Shown here: positions 46,222 to 57,700 of the stretch, piece after piece
Position numbering within the stretch: position 1 is the stretch's first letter
Layout of the letters: every line of letters starts with the position of its first letter
Virus record (IMG/VR): IMGVR_UViG_3300026488_000012
Coordinates: 1 to 64,000 of that record
Source of the DNA: a virus
Length of the DNA stretch: 64,000 nt
Direction: 5' to 3' (one strand)
Translations under genes and position numbers: made by a program
The notes under the pieces: generated by a model
Seen by the model: the letters and a program-made list of their open reading frames with translations, nothing else
Database searches by the model: none
Told to the model about the DNA's origin: nothing

Positions 46222-47184
46222 CTAAGATTTAGCTGTTTGTTCGAAATAAATATCTTTATCAGATTCTAGAGTAGGGTCTACCTCTTTAGCAGGCGGTAGT
46301 ATATAGTCATTTGTTAATTTATATAGTTGTAGTTTATCTAAGAAATCTTGTGCTAATTTTCTAACATTTAAGTTAGAGCTATGAATAGCAAATCCACCAA
46401 GCTCAATACTGAGTTCTTCAATTTCTTTATCTGCTTTCTTATCTTTTTTACCTATAATGTTTGGTACTGCTCTAGGGAACATATTAGAAACTAACCAAGC
46501 ATTGTTTACTCTAGCATTAAGAATATCTGGTTCGATGAATAAACATGTCATTGTGTAATATTCAGTAGACCATACGTTTTTATTAAGAGGAACTTCGATA
46601 GATCCGTTATCGATTAATAACCCATTATCTCCGTCTGATTTTAACCATTGTGCAATCAACGGTTGTTTAGTATCTGGGTCCATAATTAAGAATCTAATCC
46701 ATACATCTAGTAGATTCTTAACAGCTTGTCCATATTTTTCTGTTAAAGATATAGTAACATTTGAAGCAGCTCTTGTAACGTTAACAGGCTCTTGGTATGT
46801 GGCACCATCTAATCCTAAATCATGTTCACCCACGTTAACGGTTAAGCTACTATCTAATCCTTCGATAGTTCTTGCGTGTTTTTCAATAAGTGCTTTAGCA
46901 GCTAGTTTAAAATATTCTCCGTTAGGTAGGAGTTCAAATCCTTTAGGTACTTGTAATACAATAGGAATGATATCTCTTCTTATATAAGCTTGGTCAGCCA
47001 TCCAAGCATGTCTATTTTTATCGTCACCTATAAGTGGTAAAAATCCCCACTGTCCACCTTTTAATAAATTAGAACTAGGTATACCATACAATCCCGCATT
47101 ATCTTCATTTACGATATTATAAGCAGACTCGTTGTAATCATATATACCTTCAGAACTATTTAAAGCTACTGTTGAACCAAACAT
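46222..47184 (-). CDS. Tail tube protein (phiKZ gp30-like)
   Basis: 320 aa directly downstream of the sheath; QAYIRRD, IEGLDSSL, EKYG...MDPDTKQP, AWLVSNMFP motifs. Confidence 0.85.
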   Translation of the reverse strand: MFGSTVALNSSEGIYDYNESAYNIVNEDNAGLYGIPSSNLLKGGQWGFLPLIGDDKNRHAWMADQAYIRRDIIPIVLQVPKGFELLPNGEYFKLAAKALIEKHARTIEGLDSSLTVNVGEHDLGLDGATYQEPVNVTRAASNVTISLTEKYGQAVKNLLDVWIRFLIMDPDTKQPLIAQWLKSDGDNGLLIDNGSIEVPLNKNVWSTEYYTMTCLFIEPDILNARVNNAWLVSNMFPRAVPNIIGKKDKKADKEIEELSIELGGFAIHSSNLNVRKLAQDFLDKLQLYKLTNDYILPPAKEVDPTLESDKDIYFEQTAKS

Positions 47185-47226
47185 TTTTTCTCCTTAAAAT
47201 AAATTTAATAAAAAAGAAGATAGACA

Positions 47227-49323
47227 TTAAAGTCTATCCGCGTTAACTGTAAGTTGCATTTCTGTTTTCATAGTCGGAGAATAGATATTAATATCAGTAC
47301 TCCAGCTATATCCTTCTAACTCGTTATTTTCAGTTAGATAAGAAGTAGCTTCAACCTTAAACATATCACCAAATGCTCCGTCTAACTTACTCATAATGAA
47401 ACTATCAACTTTTTTCAAGAACTCTTTATCAGGTAAGCTAACAGAACCACTGAATCTTCTATGTGCTTCATATGCAACTTTATAAATCCAAACGATAGCC
47501 ATAGCTGTAAAGTAACTATTAAGAACAGATGTATCATCTGGATAAACTGTTTGAAGAGCAGTAAAACAGTATGTGCTTCTATCGATAGGTTCTGGATATA
47601 CCATATTGATAGACCATAGGTTAGCTTTAACTGTTTCAGGTACAAATTTAGGTTCTATGTCTATCATAGATTTAATTATGTTTAATTCTCCTCTATCGAA
47701 TAGTTTGTTTTTATTCCATTTAGCTCCGCTAGCTCCCATAAAGCTACAAGATTTCTCAGTTATATCAAGTGTTAATGGATATCTAGATAGGTTAACATCT
47801 GATTTAATTCTACCAGAACCTGCTACTATCATAGCTCTCATAACCGGAGTACCGTACTCTTCAGATTCAGGAGCTAATTGACATCTACTGTTAAGAGCAA
47901 CGGCTATAGCTCTTTCTTCTTCTAAAGTAAACGGTTTATCACTTTCAGATTTAACATATGTACTTAAAATCAAGAACGTGTCATGTCTTAGCGCTATGAA
48001 GTTAACAAGAGATTTTTTAGTTTCTACACCGAAACCACTATCCACAAGTACTGTTTCAACATTAACTAATGGATCCATATATGGACCATCTACTTGCAAA
48101 TATAAATCCATTTGTTCTCTTACTAAAGATTCAAATGTTTCATCATCTATTTTACCATCTTTACCACCTTTCATAAATAGTGGTAAGTTTTTACCAAGAG
48201 TTACATCCACCATACCATCAGATAACGTAGCTTCATCTTTATCGTGTACGAATCCAAAATAAGGTACTCTGCTTAAAGTTCTAAATGATACTGGGTTAAG
48301 CATATATTTATTCTCATCATCAGTTGCTTCTTCTATAAAGTCATACCACTCAGAAGTATTAACAGTACCCTCTTCTGTTTCGATATCTTTACCATACCAC
48401 TCTTTTTCTTTTTCGTAAAGTTTAGTTAGTACTAAATCAGCATTATCTGCATAGAAGTATGGTTTTAAGATTTCTTTATATTCGTCTTCTGTATAGTATT
48501 TATCAAGAATTCTACTAATATCTAAGAATTCGTTTGTTATAGGATGTTTAGCTTTAGGATTTAAAGCGAATGTGATATTAGGTCCGTTATAAATATTAGG
48601 GAATACTCTAGGTGTTCTAGTTTCATTGTCTTTTCTATAATAATAGAAGTACAGTGGAAATGTTCTGAATTTTTCTAAATCCTCTTTACTTACTTTATTA
48701 ATATCTGCAGTAGCGAATGCGAATCCTAAATCGTTACCATACTCACCAACATCAGCTGCCCTAAATTCAAAAATAGGATACATCGTTGATTTGTTACCAT
48801 CGGCGTCTTCCATCGTTCCTGTTTTAACAGTTTTAGTTCCATACTCTTCAGAACCATCTGTGTATTCAACTATCCATTTAACTCTGTATCCTTTAAAAGG
48901 AGAATTATCTTCATCGACTACTGGTTCTCCATTATCGTCATATACTATAGAACCATCGATATGTCTTTTATATACATCGATATCGTCTTCTAAAATATCT
49001 AAATATAGTGTAATATTAGACCTCTCTTTTACAACAGGGTCTACTAGTCTATGAACTACAGCCACGCCACTATTAGATAAAACAGTCTTTAATAACTGGT
49101 TAGTGTGTTTAAAATATTTACTATTAGAGTCGAATATCTCTTTACCATATAAGTTAATAGCTAATGAACTATTAACAACTTGTCTAGTTGTAGGTCCTTT
49201 TCTACTCATAACGAATACCAGCGGTAAAAACTGTGGTAATGAAGTAGTTTTATACGGTACTTGTCTTAAAGATTTATCATTAGTACCTCTTACGTTTACC
49301 CTAGGATATGCATTTGTAGCCAT
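47227..49323 (-). CDS. Tail sheath protein (phiKZ gp29-like)
   Basis: 698 aa; NAYPRV..RGT.DKS, P.FLP...KGP, GGKDG, DSGF...TKK, HDTF motifs. Confidence 0.88.
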   Translation of the reverse strand: MATNAYPRVNVRGTNDKSLRQVPYKTTSLPQFLPLVFVMSRKGPTTRQVVNSSLAINLYGKEIFDSNSKYFKHTNQLLKTVLSNSGVAVVHRLVDPVVKERSNITLYLDILEDDIDVYKRHIDGSIVYDDNGEPVVDEDNSPFKGYRVKWIVEYTDGSEEYGTKTVKTGTMEDADGNKSTMYPIFEFRAADVGEYGNDLGFAFATADINKVSKEDLEKFRTFPLYFYYYRKDNETRTPRVFPNIYNGPNITFALNPKAKHPITNEFLDISRILDKYYTEDEYKEILKPYFYADNADLVLTKLYEKEKEWYGKDIETEEGTVNTSEWYDFIEEATDDENKYMLNPVSFRTLSRVPYFGFVHDKDEATLSDGMVDVTLGKNLPLFMKGGKDGKIDDETFESLVREQMDLYLQVDGPYMDPLVNVETVLVDSGFGVETKKSLVNFIALRHDTFLILSTYVKSESDKPFTLEEERAIAVALNSRCQLAPESEEYGTPVMRAMIVAGSGRIKSDVNLSRYPLTLDITEKSCSFMGASGAKWNKNKLFDRGELNIIKSMIDIEPKFVPETVKANLWSINMVYPEPIDRSTYCFTALQTVYPDDTSVLNSYFTAMAIVWIYKVAYEAHRRFSGSVSLPDKEFLKKVDSFIMSKLDGAFGDMFKVEATSYLTENNELEGYSWSTDINIYSPTMKTEMQLTVNADRL

Positions 49324-49401
49324 ATCGAATCCTTTATAACTGATTTAATTATCATATAAAACCGATATATTTATCGGAGAAAAAATATCAGAAACTATAT
49401 A

Positions 49402-49432
49402 ATATCATCTGGAGATTAACTCCAGATGATAT
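49402..49432 (-). terminator. Terminator hairpin
   Basis: atatcatctggag/ctccagatgatat containing the stop of 49416-51266. Confidence 0.65.
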
Positions 49433-51266
49433 CTGTAAATTCTTTTTTGTCGTTGAAACCTGCTAACAAAACATTACCAGATTTAAGTCTGACTAAATTA
49501 ACAAGTTTTGTATCGTCATCGATCATAAGAGCGTATTCATTTGTTTTAACATCATTTTTACCAGTAGAATCAAACTCGGCAGAATATAATCTACTATTAT
49601 CGTCTAGCTGAGTAGTAAACAGAATAAAGTTACCATTATCCAGAGTTGTTCCTAATACGTTTTTGTTTCTCACTTCCTTAGGAACTGTAAATAATTTATA
49701 AACTTCATTTTTACTTACATCATAGGTAAACCCAAAGAACTCGTCTTCGTCTCCATAATAAATAGGAATAATAATAAACCTATCTTTCGTTATCCTACCA
49801 AAACAGACATTGTCAATTTCTTTATCTCCATTTATAACATTATGGTATAGTGTTGTTATAGTTTTACCATCATTACTTAGTTTCTTAATTATGATCTTAG
49901 TCTTATCATCCTTATCTATACTAGCCCAGTAGAATTCATTATTTAGAACACCATATGTGTTAGTATTAAAATCAGTTACTAACTCATCATCCCTAACTAA
50001 TGTACTCAATGATTCAATTGTTGAGTTATAAGGATTAACCTTGTAAGTTTCTAAAACCTTATTATTATCTTTGTCTACTTTATCTATAATAAGTATGTCA
50101 TTATCCATTAACTCGAATTTAATATATGGAGTTTCTTTTATATCTATATTCAAATTCTTGTTAAAGTATAGTTTATTGTTCGTTTTAGATAATAGATATG
50201 TACTTAATTTATTATTTCTATTAACCATAGGTATAAATCCTATGTATGTTTCCTCTGTTAAGACTTGTAAATCAGGATTAAGTAAATCATCCGGTTTTGT
50301 ACCGCCTACAAGATAGTCAGATTGACTGTTAGATTCTATAACCTTAGCAACATAGTTATATCCTCTTTTAGTATCGAATCTAATTTTTTCATCGATACCT
50401 TTAGTAAAGAAAGTATAGCTCGTTGTAAACATAGTTGTTTCGTCATTATCTAAGTATAACCATAATCTAACCCTATAACTATTCTTAGGAACTAGACATC
50501 CCATCTTGAAACTAAACTTGTTATCTTCAACATCCCCACTACAGATATATTTTCCATCTACTGTGAATAATTCTGCTTTCTTTAATTTAATATCTCTTAT
50601 AGTAGTCTGTTTTATTTCACCTTTATAATCCTCATATATAGGAACTATTTTCTTATTAGCAATTATTTCGTAATATTTTCTGGATAGTTGAAGTGTTTCA
50701 CTATGCATAGGAGATTCTGTACCTAAACTACTTATAAATGAAACATAAACTTTTATATACGGAATCTGTGTAAAATCTATCTCATCGTTTTTAATGTTTA
50801 AAGATGTTAGATTTTCTTCATCGTTTAATTTAACTACTAAGACTTCATTGTTCTCTACGTTCTTGATTATCCAGTTTGTAGCACGGTGTGGTACATTTCC
50901 TTCATAATCAGCTAGTTCTATCGTTAAACCATCTTCATAATCTAATGTAATATTCTTAATATAAGGCTCAGTTATTTTAACAGGAGGTTTAATAACTTCG
51001 TTAGTACCTGCTTCTTCAGATATAATAGGTTTAGGACCTATCCAAACATCGTTCTCAACTTCTTTAAATTTCCTTTTAGCTCTTACATAATAAACCTTAC
51101 CTACAGGCACAACTATATTAGTCTTATAAAAATTCTTATACTCTTCACTATCTATAACTTCATCTATTACATTTGTGAATTCTTTATCAGTAGCTATTTG
51201 CCAAGTAGTAGCAATATGAGTCACACCAGAATTATTGTCCCATTCTTGTAGTCTAAATATCTTCAT
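49416..51266 (-). CDS. Tail-fibre/baseplate-associated protein with two N-terminal FN3/Ig-like repeats
   Basis: Repeats THIATTWQI...YYVRAKRK and PHRATNWII...NLTSL...VYVSF, a style seen in phiKZ-like fibre proteins; beta-rich C-terminal half. Confidence 0.55.
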   Translation of the reverse strand: MKIFRLQEWDNNSGVTHIATTWQIATDKEFTNVIDEVIDSEEYKNFYKTNIVVPVGKVYYVRAKRKFKEVENDVWIGPKPIISEEAGTNEVIKPPVKITEPYIKNITLDYEDGLTIELADYEGNVPHRATNWIIKNVENNEVLVVKLNDEENLTSLNIKNDEIDFTQIPYIKVYVSFISSLGTESPMHSETLQLSRKYYEIIANKKIVPIYEDYKGEIKQTTIRDIKLKKAELFTVDGKYICSGDVEDNKFSFKMGCLVPKNSYRVRLWLYLDNDETTMFTTSYTFFTKGIDEKIRFDTKRGYNYVAKVIESNSQSDYLVGGTKPDDLLNPDLQVLTEETYIGFIPMVNRNNKLSTYLLSKTNNKLYFNKNLNIDIKETPYIKFELMDNDILIIDKVDKDNNKVLETYKVNPYNSTIESLSTLVRDDELVTDFNTNTYGVLNNEFYWASIDKDDKTKIIIKKLSNDGKTITTLYHNVINGDKEIDNVCFGRITKDRFIIIPIYYGDEDEFFGFTYDVSKNEVYKLFTVPKEVRNKNVLGTTLDNGNFILFTTQLDDNSRLYSAEFDSTGKNDVKTNEYALMIDDDTKLVNLVRLKSGNVLLAGFNDKKEFTDIIWS

Positions 51267-51391
51267 GGAGTCATCCTTTTATATTAAGTGTATTCGAATT
51301 TCAAAGCATTTGTACCGATACCTATAAAAAACTGATAAACTAATATATCGGCTTTGTATTTCAACTGAGAAACAGATTTTAAGGAGTAGAT

Positions 51392-52828
51392 ATGGCTAAA
51401 TTCTTTAACTTAGGAAGTAACAGAAAGATAAAAGTTAAACCATTAATAAACATAGGATGTCTTATGGACATCCCAACTGGTAACTTAGTAAAAGGTAGAA
51501 AAGGAGAAACTATAGTAAACGGAGGATTAGGTACGTTCGATGGTATAGCTGGACCACCTAACAACTTTAAATCCAGAATATTAAGATATATGTTAATAAC
51601 CGCTGGTGATAGAATATCAGCAACAGTACCAGCTCCTATACATATATACGACACAGAAGACAGCTTACTGCATAACCCAGAGGGATTATTAAAAGAGTTA
51701 CAAAAAACAGAATGGTTAGGAGAAGAGAGTATAGAATCAGGACAGTTCACGCTTGTAAGTAAGTCTGAAATGTTAGCAGATGAATGGGCTAAGGAATTAT
51801 ACAGTATGGTTGATGATAAAATAAAAGACAAAAGCTCGATAGTAGAGTATTCATCATTTACAGAGAGTATAAAATCAGATAAACCATTAAAATATTTTAT
51901 CCCTTCTTTTATAGCTATAGATAGCTTAACTAAATTAGAACCGAGTAATACTGTTCAAGAGCTAGAGAAAGGTAATTTAGATAATAATACACTAGAAATG
52001 AGAAAGAACCTATATAAAAGCAAATTAGTGGGGGACCTACCAAGATTAGCTAATAAAGCCGGATTGTATATAGCAGTAACAGCACATATGGCTAAAGAGA
52101 TAAATATACCATCTGGTCCAGGTATGAATATGCCTACTAAATCTATACAGTATCTAAAGGCAGGTGATAAAGTAAAAGGGGTAACTCTAGATACTCTATA
52201 CCTAACTACTCATTTCTGGATAGCACATATGAGTAAATTATTAAAAAATAAGAATACAGGAGAACCTGAATTTCCTAATAAAGAAAATGATTTAGATACA
52301 GATTTACACTTAGTACAGTTAACGCTGTTAAGAAGTAAATCAGGACAATCCGGTATAACATTAGAAATTATAGTAAGTCAAACAGAAGGTGTATTACCAG
52401 ACTTAACGCAGTTCTATTACATTAAACAAAGGGACTTTGGTTTGGAAGGAAGTCCTAGAAGTTACTGGCTAACTTGGTTACCCGATATTAAATTACAGAG
52501 GACAACTGTTAGAAAGAAGTTACAGGAAGATGAGAAATTAAGAAGAGTAGTAGAGATAATGAGTGACTTATTACAACTATATACTTTTAAACCTGATTTA
52601 AGAGGCGTGTTATTCGACGATTTACTACAAGGTCGAGATTTTAAAGAATTACCAAAGATTATGTTAGAAAAAATGAAAGAGAAGAACATCGATTTAGATA
52701 CAGTTCTAAATACAAGAAACTGGTGGACTATTGATAATTATTCGGATAAGCTTAAACCATATTTATCCACAGTTGATTTGTTGAACTGGCTCAGCGACAA
52801 ATACGTTCCATTTTGGTATAAAAAATAA
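51392..52828 (+). CDS. uvsX: UvsX/RecA-like recombinase
   Basis: INIGCLMDIPTG, variant Walker A GPPNNFKS, YDTE, Walker B IAIDSLT, VTAHM, LRSKSG. Confidence 0.88.
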   Translation: MAKFFNLGSNRKIKVKPLINIGCLMDIPTGNLVKGRKGETIVNGGLGTFDGIAGPPNNFKSRILRYMLITAGDRISATVPAPIHIYDTEDSLLHNPEGLLKELQKTEWLGEESIESGQFTLVSKSEMLADEWAKELYSMVDDKIKDKSSIVEYSSFTESIKSDKPLKYFIPSFIAIDSLTKLEPSNTVQELEKGNLDNNTLEMRKNLYKSKLVGDLPRLANKAGLYIAVTAHMAKEINIPSGPGMNMPTKSIQYLKAGDKVKGVTLDTLYLTTHFWIAHMSKLLKNKNTGEPEFPNKENDLDTDLHLVQLTLLRSKSGQSGITLEIIVSQTEGVLPDLTQFYYIKQRDFGLEGSPRSYWLTWLPDIKLQRTTVRKKLQEDEKLRRVVEIMSDLLQLYTFKPDLRGVLFDDLLQGRDFKELPKIMLEKMKEKNIDLDTVLNTRNWWTIDNYSDKLKPYLSTVDLLNWLSDKYVPFWYKK

Positions 52829-52846
52829 TGTTAGAGGAGGTTGAAA

Positions 52847-53257
52847 ATGGATAAGAAAGAATTAGAAAAAGAGATTTACAAATTAAAAAACATTATGGAG
52901 ATAGAGAGAGAAGAGAATGAAGATGATTTATACGCTAAGATTATGAGATTTATAGATGAAATAAATTCGACAGACGATAATAAGGATAAACTAAAGACTC
53001 TTATAGATAACTTACATCCTAAAATAAGTAAGTTAAATAACTTAGCTTTTAGGACATTAGTAAACATGGCGTTTACTAAACTTCTGCTTATAGGTAAGGT
53101 ACACAATAATAAAGTTATGTCTGAATTCATTATACCTGTCTTGAATATAGAAGACCCTGAAAAAGTGTGGTTGGAAAATATGAAAGACATGGTACTTAAA
53201 TATATGCTTAACAGCGGTATTTTAATGTTAATAACTGTTCCTAAGGAGGAAAAATGA
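52847..53257 (+). CDS. Hypothetical protein (ATG 52847 preferred over TTG 52841)
   Basis: SD gaggagg at appropriate spacing from ATG 52847. Confidence 0.7.
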   Translation: MDKKELEKEIYKLKNIMEIEREENEDDLYAKIMRFIDEINSTDDNKDKLKTLIDNLHPKISKLNNLAFRTLVNMAFTKLLLIGKVHNNKVMSEFIIPVLNIEDPEKVWLENMKDMVLKYMLNSGILMLITVPKEEK

Positions 53258-54012
53258 GTTCAAATAACAATTACTTAGTTAGGATAAAGAAAGTAAATGA
53301 AGATAGATCTGATAATGATTTAGCCATAAGGTTCTATCCAACCAACAGTTTACCATTTATAGTAATAGAAGACAGTATGTTGGAAGAACTTGGTTTTGAA
53401 GAGTCAAATAGTATCAATACTAACTTTGGTAAAGAACTATATAAGCAATCAGAAGACGAAGATGGATACATTAACATAATTAACGTTATTTTAAATAGAT
53501 ATGGGTATAGTTTAAGATTAATTTATGATTCAGATGTAGGTAAATTATTTTTTACTTATAACCTAGACTACATACCTCTAATAAACACTGTAAGAAGATC
53601 TGAAATTATACCTAAATATATGTTAGGAGGATTGAAAGACAATAGAAGACTTAATATAGATAATCAGATACTAGACCATAGTCTAACAACATCTTCTGAT
53701 AGATATGACGATATAACATATCCTGAACCGGATACTAACAGTAGTAACTTTAAATTATATAGTCTAAACCTTAGAGGAATTATGAATCCTATTAAAACAA
53801 GAAAAAGAATATCTGACAATAGGACTGGAGAAACAAATTACTACGAAACTAACGAGATTTATTTTCTACAAATAGATAAGAAGAAAGTATTAGGCGATGA
53901 TACTTCTCCTTATATTTATTCAATACTACCTGTAAGTGGTAACAAGTTTAGTTTAAACTACATAGGCAGAGTCTCTGATATAGACTACTTGTATATACCT
54001 ATCATACTCTAG
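53254..54012 (+). CDS. Hypothetical protein
   Basis: 252 aa, ATGA overlap, SD aaggagg. Confidence 0.7.
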   Translation: MSSNNNYLVRIKKVNEDRSDNDLAIRFYPTNSLPFIVIEDSMLEELGFEESNSINTNFGKELYKQSEDEDGYINIINVILNRYGYSLRLIYDSDVGKLFFTYNLDYIPLINTVRRSEIIPKYMLGGLKDNRRLNIDNQILDHSLTTSSDRYDDITYPEPDTNSSNFKLYSLNLRGIMNPIKTRKRISDNRTGETNYYETNEIYFLQIDKKKVLGDDTSPYIYSILPVSGNKFSLNYIGRVSDIDYLYIPIIL

Positions 54013-54031
54013 AGGTTAACCTCTAGAGTAT
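54004..54031 (+). terminator. Terminator (perfect 28-bp palindrome)
   Basis: atactctagaggtt|aacctctagagtat. Confidence 0.6.
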
Positions 54032-54055
54032 AATTTATTTAAACAAGGAGTAACA

Positions 54056-54739
54056 ATGGGTAAAGAACACTATAAAAATAGAAAAAAAGTAGAGGAATTT
54101 ATACTTAAACATATAAGAGAACTCACTGACAAGGATAACGAAGAACTTTATAAGCAAATGTTTAAGAAAATGAGTAACGAAGAATTCGATAAACTAATGG
54201 AGGACTTTAAAAATGAAAGAAAACTGTTACAGGTTATTATACCACCTGAAAAAGCTAAAAATTACACCATACCAAAAATAACTAAATATGGAGAGAAGTT
54301 AGGTATTAAATTCTTTCAGAGATTAGAGTATGAAATAGATGGTAAAAGAGTAATGACTCCTGAAAAATATGAAGTTCTAGATTTACCATTAAGAAGATTA
54401 AGACAAACAATTGAGAAGAAAATAAGTGTTGCGACTGATATCAGAAAAATAGATATGTTAACAGGACAGGTAACAGGCGATAGTCAAGCTTCCAAAGTAA
54501 CACTACCTGAGATACAATTGTTAATAGGTATGGGAGTTAAGGATACACTCGTAGAGTTCTTAAAATTTAGAGGAGGGGATTTAGGAGGTATGAGAGCGTT
54601 AAACAGTTCTTTGTTCCATTATGGCAAGGTCAGTATGAATGTATTAAAAGACTATGCTGAAGGTGTTATAAGTACTAAAACATTAAAAGCATATTTTAAC
54701 GCTATGCACTTTAAAGTAAATGAAAAGAACCAACTCTAA
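54056..54739 (+). CDS. rpoB: Virion RNA polymerase beta subunit, C-terminal small part (phiKZ gp149-like)
   Basis: 227 aa; RKKVEEFIL...MSNEEFD, LPLRRLRQ..EKK, TGQVTGDS.ASK.TLPE, FRGGD motifs. Confidence 0.88.
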   Translation: MGKEHYKNRKKVEEFILKHIRELTDKDNEELYKQMFKKMSNEEFDKLMEDFKNERKLLQVIIPPEKAKNYTIPKITKYGEKLGIKFFQRLEYEIDGKRVMTPEKYEVLDLPLRRLRQTIEKKISVATDIRKIDMLTGQVTGDSQASKVTLPEIQLLIGMGVKDTLVEFLKFRGGDLGGMRALNSSLFHYGKVSMNVLKDYAEGVISTKTLKAYFNAMHFKVNEKNQL

Positions 54740-54764
54740 CGGGTGCTATAACCCGTTAGAGTTG
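54731..54764. terminator. Bidirectional terminator hairpin
   Basis: caactctaacgggt/acccgttagagttg. Confidence 0.75.
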
Positions 54765-54768
54765 ATAT

Positions 54769-57700
54769 TTAAGTTTGTATATGTATTATAGGTATATCAT
54801 TTACCTCATCATCTGGATTAACATGTATGGTAGGTGTATCTATATTATCGGCGATAGGCATATTTGTAGTTTTATCTTGGACTATATCTTCATTAGGATC
54901 GTACCCGGAGGCATCTGGTTTATGGTTCTCTGGAATGACCTCAGTATTACCAGATTGATAAGTATCTGTTATTTCATTATTCTTAGTTATATGTAACTTC
55001 TCAGGTGGTATAGTTTTTATATCTATGTCTTTATTCGTTTGTGAAATATCCATATTAACATTACCAGGGTAGATGATGTCTGGTGTCAGATGTTTTAGAC
55101 TTCTATTGTCGTTGTAACCTATATAGAGTTCGGATACTTCATCTACTTCACCTATGATTAATCTCTTAGGTAATTCATATCCAATATTTGATAAATTATC
55201 TATTACTATATCATCGTTAGGATCATAACCAGAAGCTGAAGGACTATATCCTGCTGGTAGTATATCATCTGTTACCTGTTTCTCTATATATGTTGTTATA
55301 TTGTCATTATCAGAAACTATATTAAGAGTTTCTGGTTTAACTCTTGTAATAGTTCTATCTATACCGTCCTGTACATCTATTTTAGGACTGTCTTTTACTA
55401 TACCAGGTTTATACGGACTAGGAGGATTAATACCCTTATTTAGATATATGTTTGTAGATAGGTATTCATCTGTGGAATCTATTTTTAATTTTCTAAATTC
55501 AGTAACATCAACTTGTCTTGTAGATTCGTTTTCATTTATTGTATCTCCGTAGTTAGTTACCAAGTTAGTTTCAGGAGAAAATATCTTAGGTAATCTATAA
55601 TAACTACTATATTCTGTTACTACTGATTCAGTTAGTTCATTAAGTTGTAATAATTTAGGTATAACTGGTCTTGTTTCAGAATAGACTTTATCGGATTTTA
55701 TATGTTCACCTATCTCTTCATCAGTAATATAAATAGGTGGTTTATATAGACTCGTAATATATCCTGTAGTTAAAGGTGAATATACGTCCAAGTCGCCGTT
55801 ATCGGCTTTATAAACTGTAGAGTCTGATTTAGATAGAACTCCTGTAGTTATCTCATCACCTGTGCTTCTTATAGTAACAGGTCTTTCTAATATCTTTTTA
55901 GTATTATCAACTTCGTATTCATCTATATCGTATTTAGGTATATAAGTAGTCTTGTTGAATATAGGTTTATAAAAGTCAGGTAACCTATTTCCGAAATTAG
56001 TAAAACAGATGCCCGTATCTATCATATTTCTACCCTGTATATTCTGTAACTTTAAACGATAATTACCATAGATACTGAAAGTATACAGACTGTTTTTACT
56101 TATTACTTTATCAGATATTTTAATAAACCTATTATAAAGACGTTTATCAACTTTATCGTATAACCTTATATCTGAATCCATAACCGATGCAAAACAACTC
56201 ATACCCGTACTTGGTTTCAGAGTCTGATATTCTCCTGTTATCGTATATGGTATTTTATTGTCTAGTAATATCTGAACTGTATATCCATTTGTCTTTTTAA
56301 AAATATTGATTAATTGTGCAATCTTACTATTAAATAAATCGAAGTCGTATATGTTACGACCTATTATAGTTTCTATCAGTTTCTTAAACGTATATTTATA
56401 ATAAGGTTCTGCTATATCCATATTAGGAAAATTCACTAATTTTTCTAAATCTGATAATTTTAATCCATTTACTAAATCAACATTACCAGATATAAAAAAT
56501 GAGTTAAACAGATACATTAAGTCCATACTGTATAGTACATCGTTAACATTAGACAGGTAAAACCAGAATTTATCCATGACTTTAAAACTTATATCGAAAT
56601 ACTTATTAAATCTTTCTAAAGTTGTTATATCCTTAGGTAAGTTTTTAAAATCATTAGTTATTTCGTTTACTATATCTTTTAGACTGTTACCTGTAAACGG
56701 TAACGGTTCAAATTCGTAGTTTTTAGCCTTTTTAACATCTAGGATGTTTGTATAATATAGATTTCCTATGGTTGGATTAGTTTCTTTATTATAGTAGATA
56801 TTAAACATAAGTTTCAGAAGTAATGCAAACACTTGTCTACTATTTAAGTTGTAAACTATACCATCAGATGGATTATGGAACATTAAATAAGAACCATTTG
56901 AATCATTGTTTATTTCATATATTAGAGAATTTATAAAATAAGTGAACTTATTGACATCATCAGTTATAAGAAGTATAAGTTTATCAATCTCTAATACTTT
57001 CGATGTTTCCTGTGTAGGGATACTGAATCTGAATTTCTCGTCAGCTTCCATAGATATGGAGGTTACCTTATTATAATCATTAAGGTATCCCTGTGAATAT
57101 TCCTTTTCTAAGATATCTTCAAATGTCTCTTTACGCGCAAGACTGATACTATACTTATCGTTAGCCTTGACTCTCTCTATAAGTGTTTTCCTATCATACG
57201 AGATATATGTATTACTATTATACTCTACTGTTGTAGCTATAGGTCTCGATTTAACAACTAACGTCTTACCTATACCTAACCCAGTATCGTTAAATACTTT
57301 ATCCAGTAACATATCTAATACCTCGTTTTTACCTATATTAGTTTTAATATAAGATAAAGCACCGTATAACCAAGTTAACGTCTTCCTATCCAGTACAGTT
57401 ATATCCTCATCCATAAATTTATAACTTCTAAAGTACTGTAATATGTGAAAATCATCTGCGTTAGAAGTTAAAACATATTTAAGTTTTTCGGTAAGTATAA
57501 CAGCTGGTAATACCGAATAAAGATTAGATACTAAACCGGCTGGATATAGTTCATCTATAACATATTTATCATTATCGTATCTTTTTAAGAAATCATATAT
57601 AAAGTTTTGAACATTATGCATTACTAACTTATTATCACTATTAAATAACTCGTTATTATACCATAATATTTCTCCGTTGTTACTCTCTATTATTTTATCT

